A stretch of 64,000 nt of DNA, from contig CAVXFO010000008.1 in assembly GCA_963761055.1 (NCBI GenBank), positions 68,754 to 132,753 of the forward strand, read 5' to 3'. Of the stretch, positions 10,494-18,689 are shown in pieces; position 1 is the first letter of the stretch; every line of letters starts with the position of its first letter. This DNA is from an uncultured Actinomycetes bacterium. GTDB lineage: Bacteria; Actinomycetota; Acidimicrobiia; IMCC26256; PALSA-610. Below the pieces are notes generated by a model. That model was not told the DNA's origin, did no database searches, and saw only the letters and a program-made list of their open reading frames with translations. The position numbers and the translations under genes are program-made.

Positions 10494-11568
10494 TCCCCCA
10501 GGCTACGCGTCCCATTTCCCCCCCCAACAGTTGTGCGGCACCGCCCCTCACGTGCAAACACCCCCTCACGTGCAAACACATTGCAAGGATCCCGGCGGAC
10601 ATCCGATGGGATCCTTGCAATCCCGGCGGACGGGATGACGCTATCCGCGGCTGACGAGCTCGAGACTTCGAAGGTCGAGTGCGGCGCGGCGTGCGGTCGA
10701 CGATCTCCCGGTCCGATGAGGCACTCGTAAAAACGAGCGGGAGCCAGCCCGCGGTCGACAAGACCGTCAGCCGTTCGCTGTCGGCCGTGACGGCACTGGC
10801 ACCGGAGTGAAAGGCCAGCCCGTAGTACTCGGCGAACACCTTGAGCTCGGGCCAGGCGAAGTCCGGACGGAACGTCTTCGAGGCAATCCTCACGGTGTGC
10901 TGCTGCACCGGCGGCGCCAGCCCTTCGTTCCGGAGGAGTTCCAGCAACCTCAGTTCGGAGCCGCTGCCGCCGGGATCGAACCCGATACCTCGTTCGGCCA
11001 GCAGCGACCTCACGACCGACATACGACGGCCCGGCCCCGATTCCAGTCTCTCGGCGCAACGGGCCAACCGCCGAAGCGATGCAACGCCGCGCCGCAGCCC
11101 GTCGTCGAGGGTCCGACCCAGCTGACGGGGACTCAACACAGTGCTGCAATCGCACAGCGTCCTCTCGAAGGTCGAGCAGACGATCCCGTGGCCGTGAAAT
11201 ACGTCATCGTCGATCAGGGTCAGTGAACGATGGATCGACGCTCCCGTCAACGAAGTCCGGTACGGGCCGGTCACCGTCACCTCGTAGCGGTCTTCGGGCC
11301 GTGGATCGAAGGACCACAACCTTGCCGCCGACGAGTGCGACGCGATGGAACCCTCGACACTCAGGACGACGGCAAGGAGTCCGCGCTCCCACGACTCCCT
11401 CGCCCCGACGAGCCCGAAGACGTTTTCGCGTATGCGGCGCAACGATCGCCGCTGGACGAGACGCTGGAGCTGACTCTCGGAGATACCGCCTTCTTGCAAC
11501 TGGCGGCGTGTCACCAGTCCGTGTTGGGTTCCTATTTGTGACTCGAAGGGTGCGAGTGGCGATTCCAT
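10474..11568 (-). CDS. AbiEi_4-like N-terminal domain / DUF559 (Vsr-endonuclease-fold)-like C-terminal domain protein
   Basis: From the ATG at 11568: [53 protein letters not shown]... (AbiEi-like wHTH) and ...[24 protein letters not shown]...WLPLVFTS (DUF559-like). The last ~55 codons of the as-given ORF read through the intergenic repeat elements. A frame change near 10695 would instead give ...[22 protein letters not shown] with stop TAG at 10641-10643. Confidence 0.6.
   Translation of the reverse strand: MESPLAPFESQIGTQHGLVTRRQLQEGGISESQLQRLVQRRSLRRIRENVFGLVGARESWERGLLAVVLSVEGSIASHSSAARLWSFDPRPEDRYEVTVTGPYRTSLTGASIHRSLTLIDDDVFHGHGIVCSTFERTLCDCSTVLSPRQLGRTLDDGLRRGVASLRRLARCAERLESGPGRRMSVVRSLLAERGIGFDPGGSGSELRLLELLRNEGLAPPVQQHTVRIASKTFRPDFAWPELKVFAEYYGLAFHSGASAVTADSERLTVLSTAGWLPLVFTSASSDREIVDRTPRRTRPSKSRARQPRIASSRPPGLQGSHRMSAGILAMCLHVRGCLHVRGGAAQLLGGEMGRVAWGSDVAGA
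10524..10542. repeat. Truncated copy of the CCAACAGTTGT palindromic element family
   Basis: CCAACAGTTGTGCGGCACC shares the 11-mer CCAACAGTTGT and the GC(G/A)C terminal motif with the copies at 41207 and 59362. Confidence 0.5.
10544..10632. repeat. Composite intergenic element: tandem duplication plus a 12-bp-stem hairpin (TTGCAAGGATCC family)
   Basis: CCCCTCACGTGCAAACA occurs twice (10544-10578). A perfect hairpin TTGCAAGGATCC-N16-GGATCCTTGCAA lies at 10581-10620. ATCCCGGCGGAC repeats at 10589-10600 and 10620-10631. Confidence 0.85.
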
Positions 11569-11580
11569 TCGGTCACGGTA

Positions 11581-11692
11581 GGTACGAGGTGAGACGGTAC
11601 GAGGTGAGAACCAGGTCAGGTTTGCAAGGATCGCAACGCACGTCCGACGTGATCCTTGCAATGCGTTTGCGAAGCGGCGGGCGAAGCGGCGG
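11581..11692. repeat. Composite intergenic element: tandem duplication + 11-bp-stem hairpin (TTGCAAGGATC family) + tandem duplication
   Basis: GGTACGAGGTGAGA occurs twice (11581-11609). The hairpin TTGCAAGGATC-N18-GATCCTTGCAA lies at 11622-11661. GCGAAGCGGCGG occurs twice (11669-11692). The reverse complement of the left copy aligns with it: GCAAAC(A/G)CATTGCAAGGATC is 19/20 identical and the loops are 12/18 identical. Confidence 0.85.
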
Positions 11693-11695
11693 GGG

Positions 11696-13441
11696 CTAGG
11701 GGGTCTTTTTGTCGAGGAGGCGGAGGCCGAGGTCCCGCAATTGCTTGGGGTCCACGGGACTGGGGGCTCCGGTGAGCGGATCGACGCCCGACTGCGTCTT
11801 CGGGAACGCGATGACCTCGCGGATGTTCTCCTCACCCGCGAGGATCGCGGTGAACCGGTCGACGCCGACAGCGAACCCGGCGTGGGGTGGCGCGCCGAAG
11901 CGGAACGCCTCGAGCAGGAACCCGAACCGCTCCTTCGCGTCGTCCGCGTCGATACCGATGACCGAGAAGACGCGCTGCTGGACGTCGGGACGATGGATAC
12001 GGACCGAACCCGAGCCGAGCTCCCAACCGTTCAGCACGAGGTCGTAGGCCTGGGCGTGCACCGAGAGCGGATCGGACTCGAGCCGGTCGATGTCGTCCGG
12101 GTTCGGCATCGTGAACGGGTGGTGCATCGGCGAAGGGCTGCCGTCGTCGGCCGCTTCGAACAGCGGAAAGTCGACGACCCACAAGAAGTGCAGTCCGCCC
12201 TCACCCACGGGCGGGCGGCCGAGGTCGAGACGCAGTGTGCCCAGCACGTCCCACGCCATCGCACGCGCCCCCGCGACGATCAGCACCAGATCGCCCGAGA
12301 CCGCGCCCAGGCGGTCGACCACCGCGATCTGCTCGGATTCGGAGAGGAACTTGGCGACCGGTGATTCCAGCACGCCACCGTCGCGCACGCGCATCCACAC
12401 CAGCCCGACCGCGCCGAGCGACTTCGCCCGATCGGTGAGTGCATCGAGCCGTGACCGGGTCATGTCGCCCTGGCCCGCCACCCGGATGCCCTTGATCGAC
12501 TCCGCACCCGCGAACGCGTGGAACTCGGTGTCGCCGAAGACGTCGGTGAGGTCGACGAGCTCCATGCCGAAACGCAGGTCGGGTTTGTCGGAACCGAACC
12601 GCTCCATCGCTTCGAGCCAGGTCAGCCGCGGGATCGATGTGGGCGCCTCACCCGGACGCGCCACCTCGGCGGCCGCGAGAACCGCGACCGCGACCGCGTC
12701 GAGCACGTCGTCTTGATCCGCGAACGACATTTCGACGTCGAGTTGCATGAACTCGAACTGCCGGTCGGCTCGGAGGTCTTCGTCGCGCAGGCACCGCGCG
12801 ATCTGGAAGTAGCGGTCGAAGCCGCCGACCATGAGCAGCTGCTTGAAGAGCTGCGGGCTCTGCGGCAGCGCGTAGAACTCTCCCGGCCGTAGACGCGACG
12901 GCACCACGAAGTCGCGCGCGCCCTCGGGTGTCGAGGCGATGAGCATCGGCGTCTCGATCTCGACGAACCCCTGCGCGGCCATTGCCTCTCGCATCACGAG
13001 GTTGATCGCGGCGCGCAGTCGCAGGTTCGCCTGCATCGGTACCCGCCGGAGGTCGAGGTAGCGGTGGCGTAAGCGCAACACCTCGTCGACGTCGACACGA
13101 TCGTCGAGCGGGAACGGCGGCGGCTCCGATTCGTTGAGCACCGAGATCTCGCGGGCGACGATCTCGACGGCGCCGGTCGGGAGGTCGTCGTTGACCGTGC
13201 CTGCGGGTCGGGCCGAGACGTCGCCGACAACGCGGACGACCCACTCGCCGCGCACGCGGTGCGCGACCTCGAGCCCGGCCGCCTGTGGGTCGACGACGAC
13301 CTGCACTACCCCCGCGGCGTCTCGCACGTCGAGGAACACCTTGCCGCCGTGGTCACGGCGGCTCGCGACCCATCCGCACACGGCCACCGACGTGCCGATG
13401 TCGCCCGCGCGGAGGTCGCCGGCCCGATGCGATCGCATCAT
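11696..13441 (-). CDS. aspS: Aspartate--tRNA ligase
   Basis: This is the C-terminal 582 codons of the 1114-aa ORF, from MMRSHRAGDL. Motifs: FLDVRDAAGVVQVV, FVEIETPML, FYALPQSPQLFKQLLM, FQIARCLRDEDLRADRQFEFMQLD, GSVRIH, GFAVGVDR. The start overlaps the hisS stop. Confidence 0.92.
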   Translation of the reverse strand: MMRSHRAGDLRAGDIGTSVAVCGWVASRRDHGGKVFLDVRDAAGVVQVVVDPQAAGLEVAHRVRGEWVVRVVGDVSARPAGTVNDDLPTGAVEIVAREISVLNESEPPPFPLDDRVDVDEVLRLRHRYLDLRRVPMQANLRLRAAINLVMREAMAAQGFVEIETPMLIASTPEGARDFVVPSRLRPGEFYALPQSPQLFKQLLMVGGFDRYFQIARCLRDEDLRADRQFEFMQLDVEMSFADQDDVLDAVAVAVLAAAEVARPGEAPTSIPRLTWLEAMERFGSDKPDLRFGMELVDLTDVFGDTEFHAFAGAESIKGIRVAGQGDMTRSRLDALTDRAKSLGAVGLVWMRVRDGGVLESPVAKFLSESEQIAVVDRLGAVSGDLVLIVAGARAMAWDVLGTLRLDLGRPPVGEGGLHFLWVVDFPLFEAADDGSPSPMHHPFTMPNPDDIDRLESDPLSVHAQAYDLVLNGWELGSGSVRIHRPDVQQRVFSVIGIDADDAKERFGFLLEAFRFGAPPHAGFAVGVDRFTAILAGEENIREVIAFPKTQSGVDPLTGAPSPVDPKQLRDLGLRLLDKKTP

Positions 13442-14695
13442 GATGCTGTGTCGTCCTTCCGTGTCTGCAGCCAGGCGGCGATCTCTTCTCGCCGCACCTC
13501 GCTCTGATCGGGCTCGGGCGCGCGCAGGTCGCGGACTGCGACCATCCCCCGCTCGGCTTCCTTCGCGCCCACGATGACAGCCCAGCGCGCGCCGGAGCGG
13601 TCGGCCGCACTCATCTGTTTCTTGAACGCGCGCCGGCCGTAGGCGCGGTCGGCCGAAAGTCCCGACTCCCGGAGCTCGGCGAGGATCCGGGCCGTGTCGG
13701 GAACACCGATCGGGTCGACGACGAACGCGTCGAGCCGCGCGCCCGACACCGGCAGCACACCTTCGGCGTCGCACGCGAGCAGGAGTCGTTCGATCCCCGA
13801 CCCGAAGCCGATCGACGGAGCCGGCGGACCGCCCATCTCCTCGGCCAGCCGGTCGTAGCGGCCACCGCCACCGATCGCGTTCTGCGCAGCGTCGAGCGCA
13901 TCGCTCGCCAACTCGAACACGGTGCCGGTGTAATAGTCGAAGCCGCGCACCAGCCGCGGCGCGATCTCGAACGGGATGCCGAGCGCCTGCAAACCCTCTT
14001 GCACGCGCGCGAAGTGCGCGGCCGAGTCGTCGCTCAGGTACTCGCCGAGTTGCGGCGCACGCTCCAGCATCTCCGACCAGTCGGGTCGCTTCGAGTCGAG
14101 GATGCGGAGCGGATTGGTTTCCGCGCGCTCCATCTCCGCGCCGATCAGGTCGGCGTGCACGCGCCAGTACGCGAGCAGCACTTCGCGGTAGCGGGCGCGC
14201 GACGAGGCGTCGCCCATCGAGTTGACGAGGAGGCGGAGGTCGCGCGAGGCCAAGGTCGCTACAGAAACCCCACAAGAGCTCGATTATCTCGACGTCGACG
14301 TCGGGATCGTCGATCCCGATGACCTCGGCTCCGAGCTGCCAGTGCTGGCGGTAGCGACCGGCCTGTGGCTGCTCGGCCCGGAAGTTCGGGGCGAGGTACC
14401 AGACCTTCCACGGCGTGGGCGGGCGGTGCTGCACGAAGGCGCGCACGACGGGCGCGGTGCCTTCGGGCCGCAGCGCGAGCCGGCGCCCGCCGCGGTCGAC
14501 GAAGTCGTACATCTCCTTGCGCACGACGTCGGTGGTCTCCCCACGCCGCGCGAAGACCTCGTAGTGCTCGAGGATCGGGGTCAGCAGCAGGCCATAGCCG
14601 AACCGCTGCGCCCGGCTCGCGAACCGCTCGACTACCTCGATCCAGCGAGTGGAGTCCGGCGGGAGCACGTCGAGCATGCCCTTGGGGGCGCGCAT
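13438..14695 (-). CDS. hisS: Histidine--tRNA ligase; apparent frameshift near 14245
   Basis: N-terminal frame (part of the 1114-aa ORF): MRAPKGMLDVLPPDS...RPEGTAPVVRAF...YLAPNFRAEQPQAGRYRQHWQLGAEVIG...DVEIIELLWGFCSDLGL. C-terminal frame (ORF 13438..14253): RDLRLLVNSMGD...GFDYYTGTVFE...GGGGRYD...GFGSGIERL. The junction is in CTCGCGCGACC. The span is 3n+1. Alternative in-frame ATG starts exist at 14728 and 14737. Confidence 0.9.
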
Positions 14696-14805
14696 GACGT
14701 CTCGATCCACTGGTCGATCCGCCGGCATGGGCGGCATGCTACCCAGCAGTCCGCGCGGGACCGACGATGATTCCGGCCTGCGCCGAACGAACCTTGGGCT
14801 GATCG

Positions 14806-16442
14806 CTACGGCGTTTGCTTGGGCGCGATCTCGGCGTACGAGAGGCGGATCCACGCAGATTGTGTCGGGCTCAGGAAGTAGGGCGGGCTCAGGTACTTGA
14901 GCCGCGTGTCGTACGCGTAGTTCTTGTTGTACCCGCTCGCCAATGAACCGGTCGAGCTGTTGAACGTGCCGACCGGACCGCGGAACTCCTGGGTGATCAC
15001 GCCGTTGACGTTGAGACTGTGCACGCCCGGCACCGCGCACGGGTGTGAACCGCTACACGATCCCTGCCCACCGCTTGCCCAGTTCTGCACGTAGAACGAG
15101 TGGCGAAGCGACATGATCGCGGCGTCGATGGTGAGATCGTCTTTCACGTCGGCGCCCGAGCTGTGCACGACCGCGACGTCGTTGTACGCCACGAGTCCGA
15201 GTACGTCGTTGCCCGACGGGTACGAGTGATAGACGATATTTCCGGTGATGTCGATGTCGTTGGAGGACGCGATCGTCAGCTGGCCGTTCAACGTTCCGCT
15301 CACGCTCACGTCGCCGTTGCACGCCGAGCCCGAACACGAGGAGTGATTCGGATCAGCACCGGCGGGCACGTTCTGCACGTAGACCACGCCGTTCGTCGGC
15401 AGGGAAACGTTCGACCCGGTGGCGCAGTTCGACTGGATCGTCTTCGGGCTGATGACGTTCATCTTGCCGGTTGCGAGCAGCGTGATCGTCGTCGGCCCCG
15501 TATAGAGGCAACCGGTACCGCCTTGATTCTGGTCGGCCTGTGAACGGATCGACGCGTTCGCAGGCGGGAACGGCAGGATCGAACCGCTCGCGGGATCGTT
15601 GTTCCGCGCGTAAGTGGGCGTATTCGAACATCCGAGCGGGTTGAGCACCGCGCCGGGCCCACCGAACTGTTTGCTGTGGTACGCGTTGTTGCTCGTCGCG
15701 GAGTTGTAGTACGTGTCGGTATCGCCGTTGAACGTCGGGCTGCCGCACACATACAGACCGTCGTTCGAGTGCACAGGGCCGTTGAGGACCGAGAGCGATG
15801 ACCAGTACACGATGCTGCATTTGCTGGTGTCGTACGGGCCGTACTTGTTCGCCCCCGAGTTCCATTCCCACGAATGCACGGCACAGGCCGAGGCGTTGTC
15901 GCCGGAGAGCACCGGATCGGTTATCTCGAAGTCGGTGAGCCACAGATAGTCGAGGAACCCCTGGCGGCGCAGCCCGAGGCTGACGGTGCGGATCGCGCCG
16001 CCGCGGAGCAACTCGCGTTGGGGTTGGTGAGTCGCTTTCCCGAAGCCGTCAGGTAGACGATGCCGGTCGCCGCGGTCTGGCTCGCGTCGGGTCGGTAGCG
16101 GAAACACTCGGCGTTCGACGTCGGTCCCGCCACCTTCGTCCAGCCCGTAAAGGCCGGGTTGGCCGGCGTGGGCGGATTCGTCGCGCTGTACGTCCAGTAG
16201 TTGCTGTTCTGCGCGAGCCGATTCAGGTAGTCGTCGACGCCGGCCTCAGCCGCGGCGAGCGCGGCCTCGTGGTCCTGGTCGTGGCGCGCGAGCGGAAGCT
16301 GCGCAACCGCGCCCTGCACCAGCGCCAGCGGGATGATCGTCATCAGCATCACGACGGTGATCGCGATGATCATGGCGAGTCCGGCCTCGTCGTGGGAACC
16401 GTCGAGGCGGGTACGGAATCGACGGCAGAGGAATTGGATCAT
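14806..16442 (-). CDS. PilX-N-like type IV pilus minor component with a large Asn/Gly/Ser/Thr-rich C-terminal domain; apparent frameshift near 16035
   Basis: N-terminus (ORF 15921..16442): hydrophobic AGLAMIIAITVVMLMTIIPLALVQ followed by EAALAAAEAGVDDYLNRL (PilX_N-like). After ...GIVYLTASGK the protein continues in ORF 14806..16107 (RELLRGGAIRTVSLGLRRQGFLDYLWLTDFE...). The span is 3n+2. Confidence 0.55.
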
Positions 16443-16446
16443 GAGG

Positions 16447-17128
16447 TCACACGTTCGGGTTGTAGTCGACGTTGCGGACGTGGATGCGGGTGGACACGAC
16501 GACGAGGGGCGAATGCGGATGGACTCGGATACGCAAGGTCACACCGACCGCGTCGATGCTGCGGAGGTCAGTGGTGGTAACGATCGGCGGAATGATCTCG
16601 GTGCCGTCGGCGCGGAAGTACTTGAACATCGGCTGACTCGTGTCGAGGTACTGGCCGTCGATTCGCCCGATCGGTGTGGCGGTGTACGTCCACGACGCCG
16701 ACCGAGCCACTGGGGACCGTTGCGTCCTCGTGGAAGACGTACACGTTGGTCGAGGGCACGAGCGATGCGTACACGTGCAGCCGAATGGGTCCGGTTCCGG
16801 TCGGAAGGCTGAGGTCGGTGAGGCTGGCGTAGAACACGACGTCGTTCGGTCCGGCCGACGCGAACGCAGCCGTTGTCGACGTGGGCGCGACCGCAGTGCG
16901 CAGGTCCTTGGTGATGCGATCGGCGATCGTCTGGCCCTCGCCTTGGGCGGTGAATCGATCGGTGGTCGCCGCAGCCTGGTTCGACATGACGTTGACCGTG
17001 CTGAACGCGGCTGCGGTCACGAGCGAGAGCAGGCCGATCGCGATCATCATCTCGACGAGCGTGTAACCGCGCTGGTCGAGACGTGCCCGAACCGGCTCTG
17101 TGCGTCGCCGACCGGTGAGCAGCCTCAA
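16447..17128 (-). CDS. Prepilin-type N-terminal cleavage/methylation domain protein (PilW-like minor pilin); apparent frameshift near 16700
   Basis: Class III signal: RLDQRG|YTLVEMMIAIGLLSLV. The C-terminal part (ASWTYTATPIGRIDGQYLDTSQPMFKYFRADG...) is in ORF 16447..16710. The proposed TTG start at 17128 overlaps the upstream stop (TTGA). The span is 3n+1. Confidence 0.6.
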
Positions 17129-18531
17129 CTCACCACCACCACGATCGGACCGGTGTACTTCGACGTGGCCGCGCCCGACCCGTCGACGGCGTAGACGCCG
17201 TCCGGCATCACCCACACGTTGACGGAGCCGCTCTTCGGCCCCGACTTGGCCTCGAGCGTCCAGTGGCCGAGCGGCATCGCGGTGATGCTGTCACCCGTCG
17301 CGTCCGTCGTGACCAGGCCGAGCGTCGGCGCCGGACTCGTCGCGGTTCCGCTCGTGCACACCGCCGCGTAAGGCGCCGCGTACGACGTCTCCAGTGCCGT
17401 CATCGACGCGGCCGGTACCGCGACGCCGCCGGTGTCGTTGACGTGCGCGGCGACCGTGTACAGCGGCACCGCGTTCGCGACCGACCCGCCCGCCGGGACC
17501 GCCACCGGTACGGGCGCCGCGGTCGGGTAGAACGGGTTGCGGCTGGTGTCCTTGCCGAGCGGGTTGTTGTCGGTGCAGTTGCCTGCGTACACCGTGTACC
17601 CGCTCGCATACGGGAAGAGACCCGGTGACGTGGTCGTGTCGCCCGTCGCGGCGAACGTGAACTGCCCGTAGGGCTCGAGGCCCGTGTTCGCCACCGAGAT
17701 CGACATGCCGGTCGCGTACGGCGGAGCCCCGGGCGTGTTGGCCGGCGACGGCAGTGTCGCGACCACCGTGCCGGGCCCGTCGTACTGGAACTGCAGCGAC
17801 GCGGTCTGCCCGACCGAGATCGATGCCGTTTGCACCGGCGCGACCACTTCTTGGTCGCCGACCCCGGTTCCCTCGGTGATCGTGACGGTGTAGGTGCCGG
17901 CCGCCATGAACGCGAAATAGGCGCAGCCCTCGGCCGTCGTCTGCTGGGTGAGTGTCGTCGGCCCGGTCACCTGCACGCTGATGTTCCCAGAGACCGCACC
18001 GCTCGCCTCGAAGACCTTCACCGCGATCGATCCGGACGACGCCGAGTACGCACCGACGGGCGGGGCGAGCGTCGACACTGACCTCACCGGTGCGGTACCG
18101 CCCATGTCGGGCCAGGTGACGGTCTCACTGACCTGCATGATCTGGCCGGTGGACGCGCCCGGGGTGTCACACGTGCTCGTCGTGGAGCTCTGCCCGACGA
18201 ACTGCACGTCCTGGGTGACCGTGTACTGGATGCCGTTGACGCGCTGGTCGTTGGGTGCCGCGGGATTGACCGGCAGGACCGTCTGGCCCTGGGGGATCGC
18301 CGTGAACTGGGTCGGATCGGCGGCCAGTCCGCGCACGGTTTCCATCTGCGCGGTCGCGAGGTTCGCGGCGACGACCCGGTTGCGGGTGTTGCCCGACGCC
18401 AGGATCGCGTTCTCGAACAACAGCGCGGCACCCAGCATCGCGATGACGAGCACCGTCACCGCGACGAGTACCTCGACGATCGTGAAGCCATCGGCCGTCC
18501 CGTCGTCCGCGGGACGTGAACGCGGATTCAC
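17125..18531 (-). CDS. Large prepilin-type protein (PilV-like minor pilin / pilus-associated adhesin candidate)
   Basis: Intact 468-aa ORF with GTG start. It has the class III signal ADG|FTIVEVLVAVTVLVIAMLGAALLF, then a long Thr/Gly/Ala/Val-rich beta-type region. Confidence 0.65.
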   Translation of the reverse strand: MNPRSRPADDGTADGFTIVEVLVAVTVLVIAMLGAALLFENAILASGNTRNRVVAANLATAQMETVRGLAADPTQFTAIPQGQTVLPVNPAAPNDQRVNGIQYTVTQDVQFVGQSSTTSTCDTPGASTGQIMQVSETVTWPDMGGTAPVRSVSTLAPPVGAYSASSGSIAVKVFEASGAVSGNISVQVTGPTTLTQQTTAEGCAYFAFMAAGTYTVTITEGTGVGDQEVVAPVQTASISVGQTASLQFQYDGPGTVVATLPSPANTPGAPPYATGMSISVANTGLEPYGQFTFAATGDTTTSPGLFPYASGYTVYAGNCTDNNPLGKDTSRNPFYPTAAPVPVAVPAGGSVANAVPLYTVAAHVNDTGGVAVPAASMTALETSYAAPYAAVCTSGTATSPAPTLGLVTTDATGDSITAMPLGHWTLEAKSGPKSGSVNVWVMPDGVYAVDGSGAATSKYTGPIVVVVS

Positions 18532-18689
18532 AATTCATCCCTCCGGAGCACCATCGGTCACCCGGGTGCAATTGGTCGGCGCTGGTGGTCGGCTCTGGCC
18601 CTCGCAGGGAATCGGACGATCAGGCGTCGAGCTTGAGAGAGAACCGAAACGTCGCGTACTCGAGCGGCCCCGATGGGGCTTGACGACGG

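Noticed and set aside
10474-11568. A complete AbiE (AbiEi/AbiEii) type IV toxin-antitoxin or abortive-infection system.
   Set aside because: Only the AbiEi-like/DUF559-like gene is present. No nucleotidyltransferase (AbiEii) partner lies adjacent, because the neighbours are aspS and rarA.
11696-15040. A 1114-aa ORF that looks like a HisRS-AspRS fusion.
   Set aside because: The middle ~270 residues are junk. The real HisRS C-terminal two-thirds are in ORF 13438..14253, which ends with a stop overlapping the aspS ATG. The fusion is an artefact of the frameshift near 14245.
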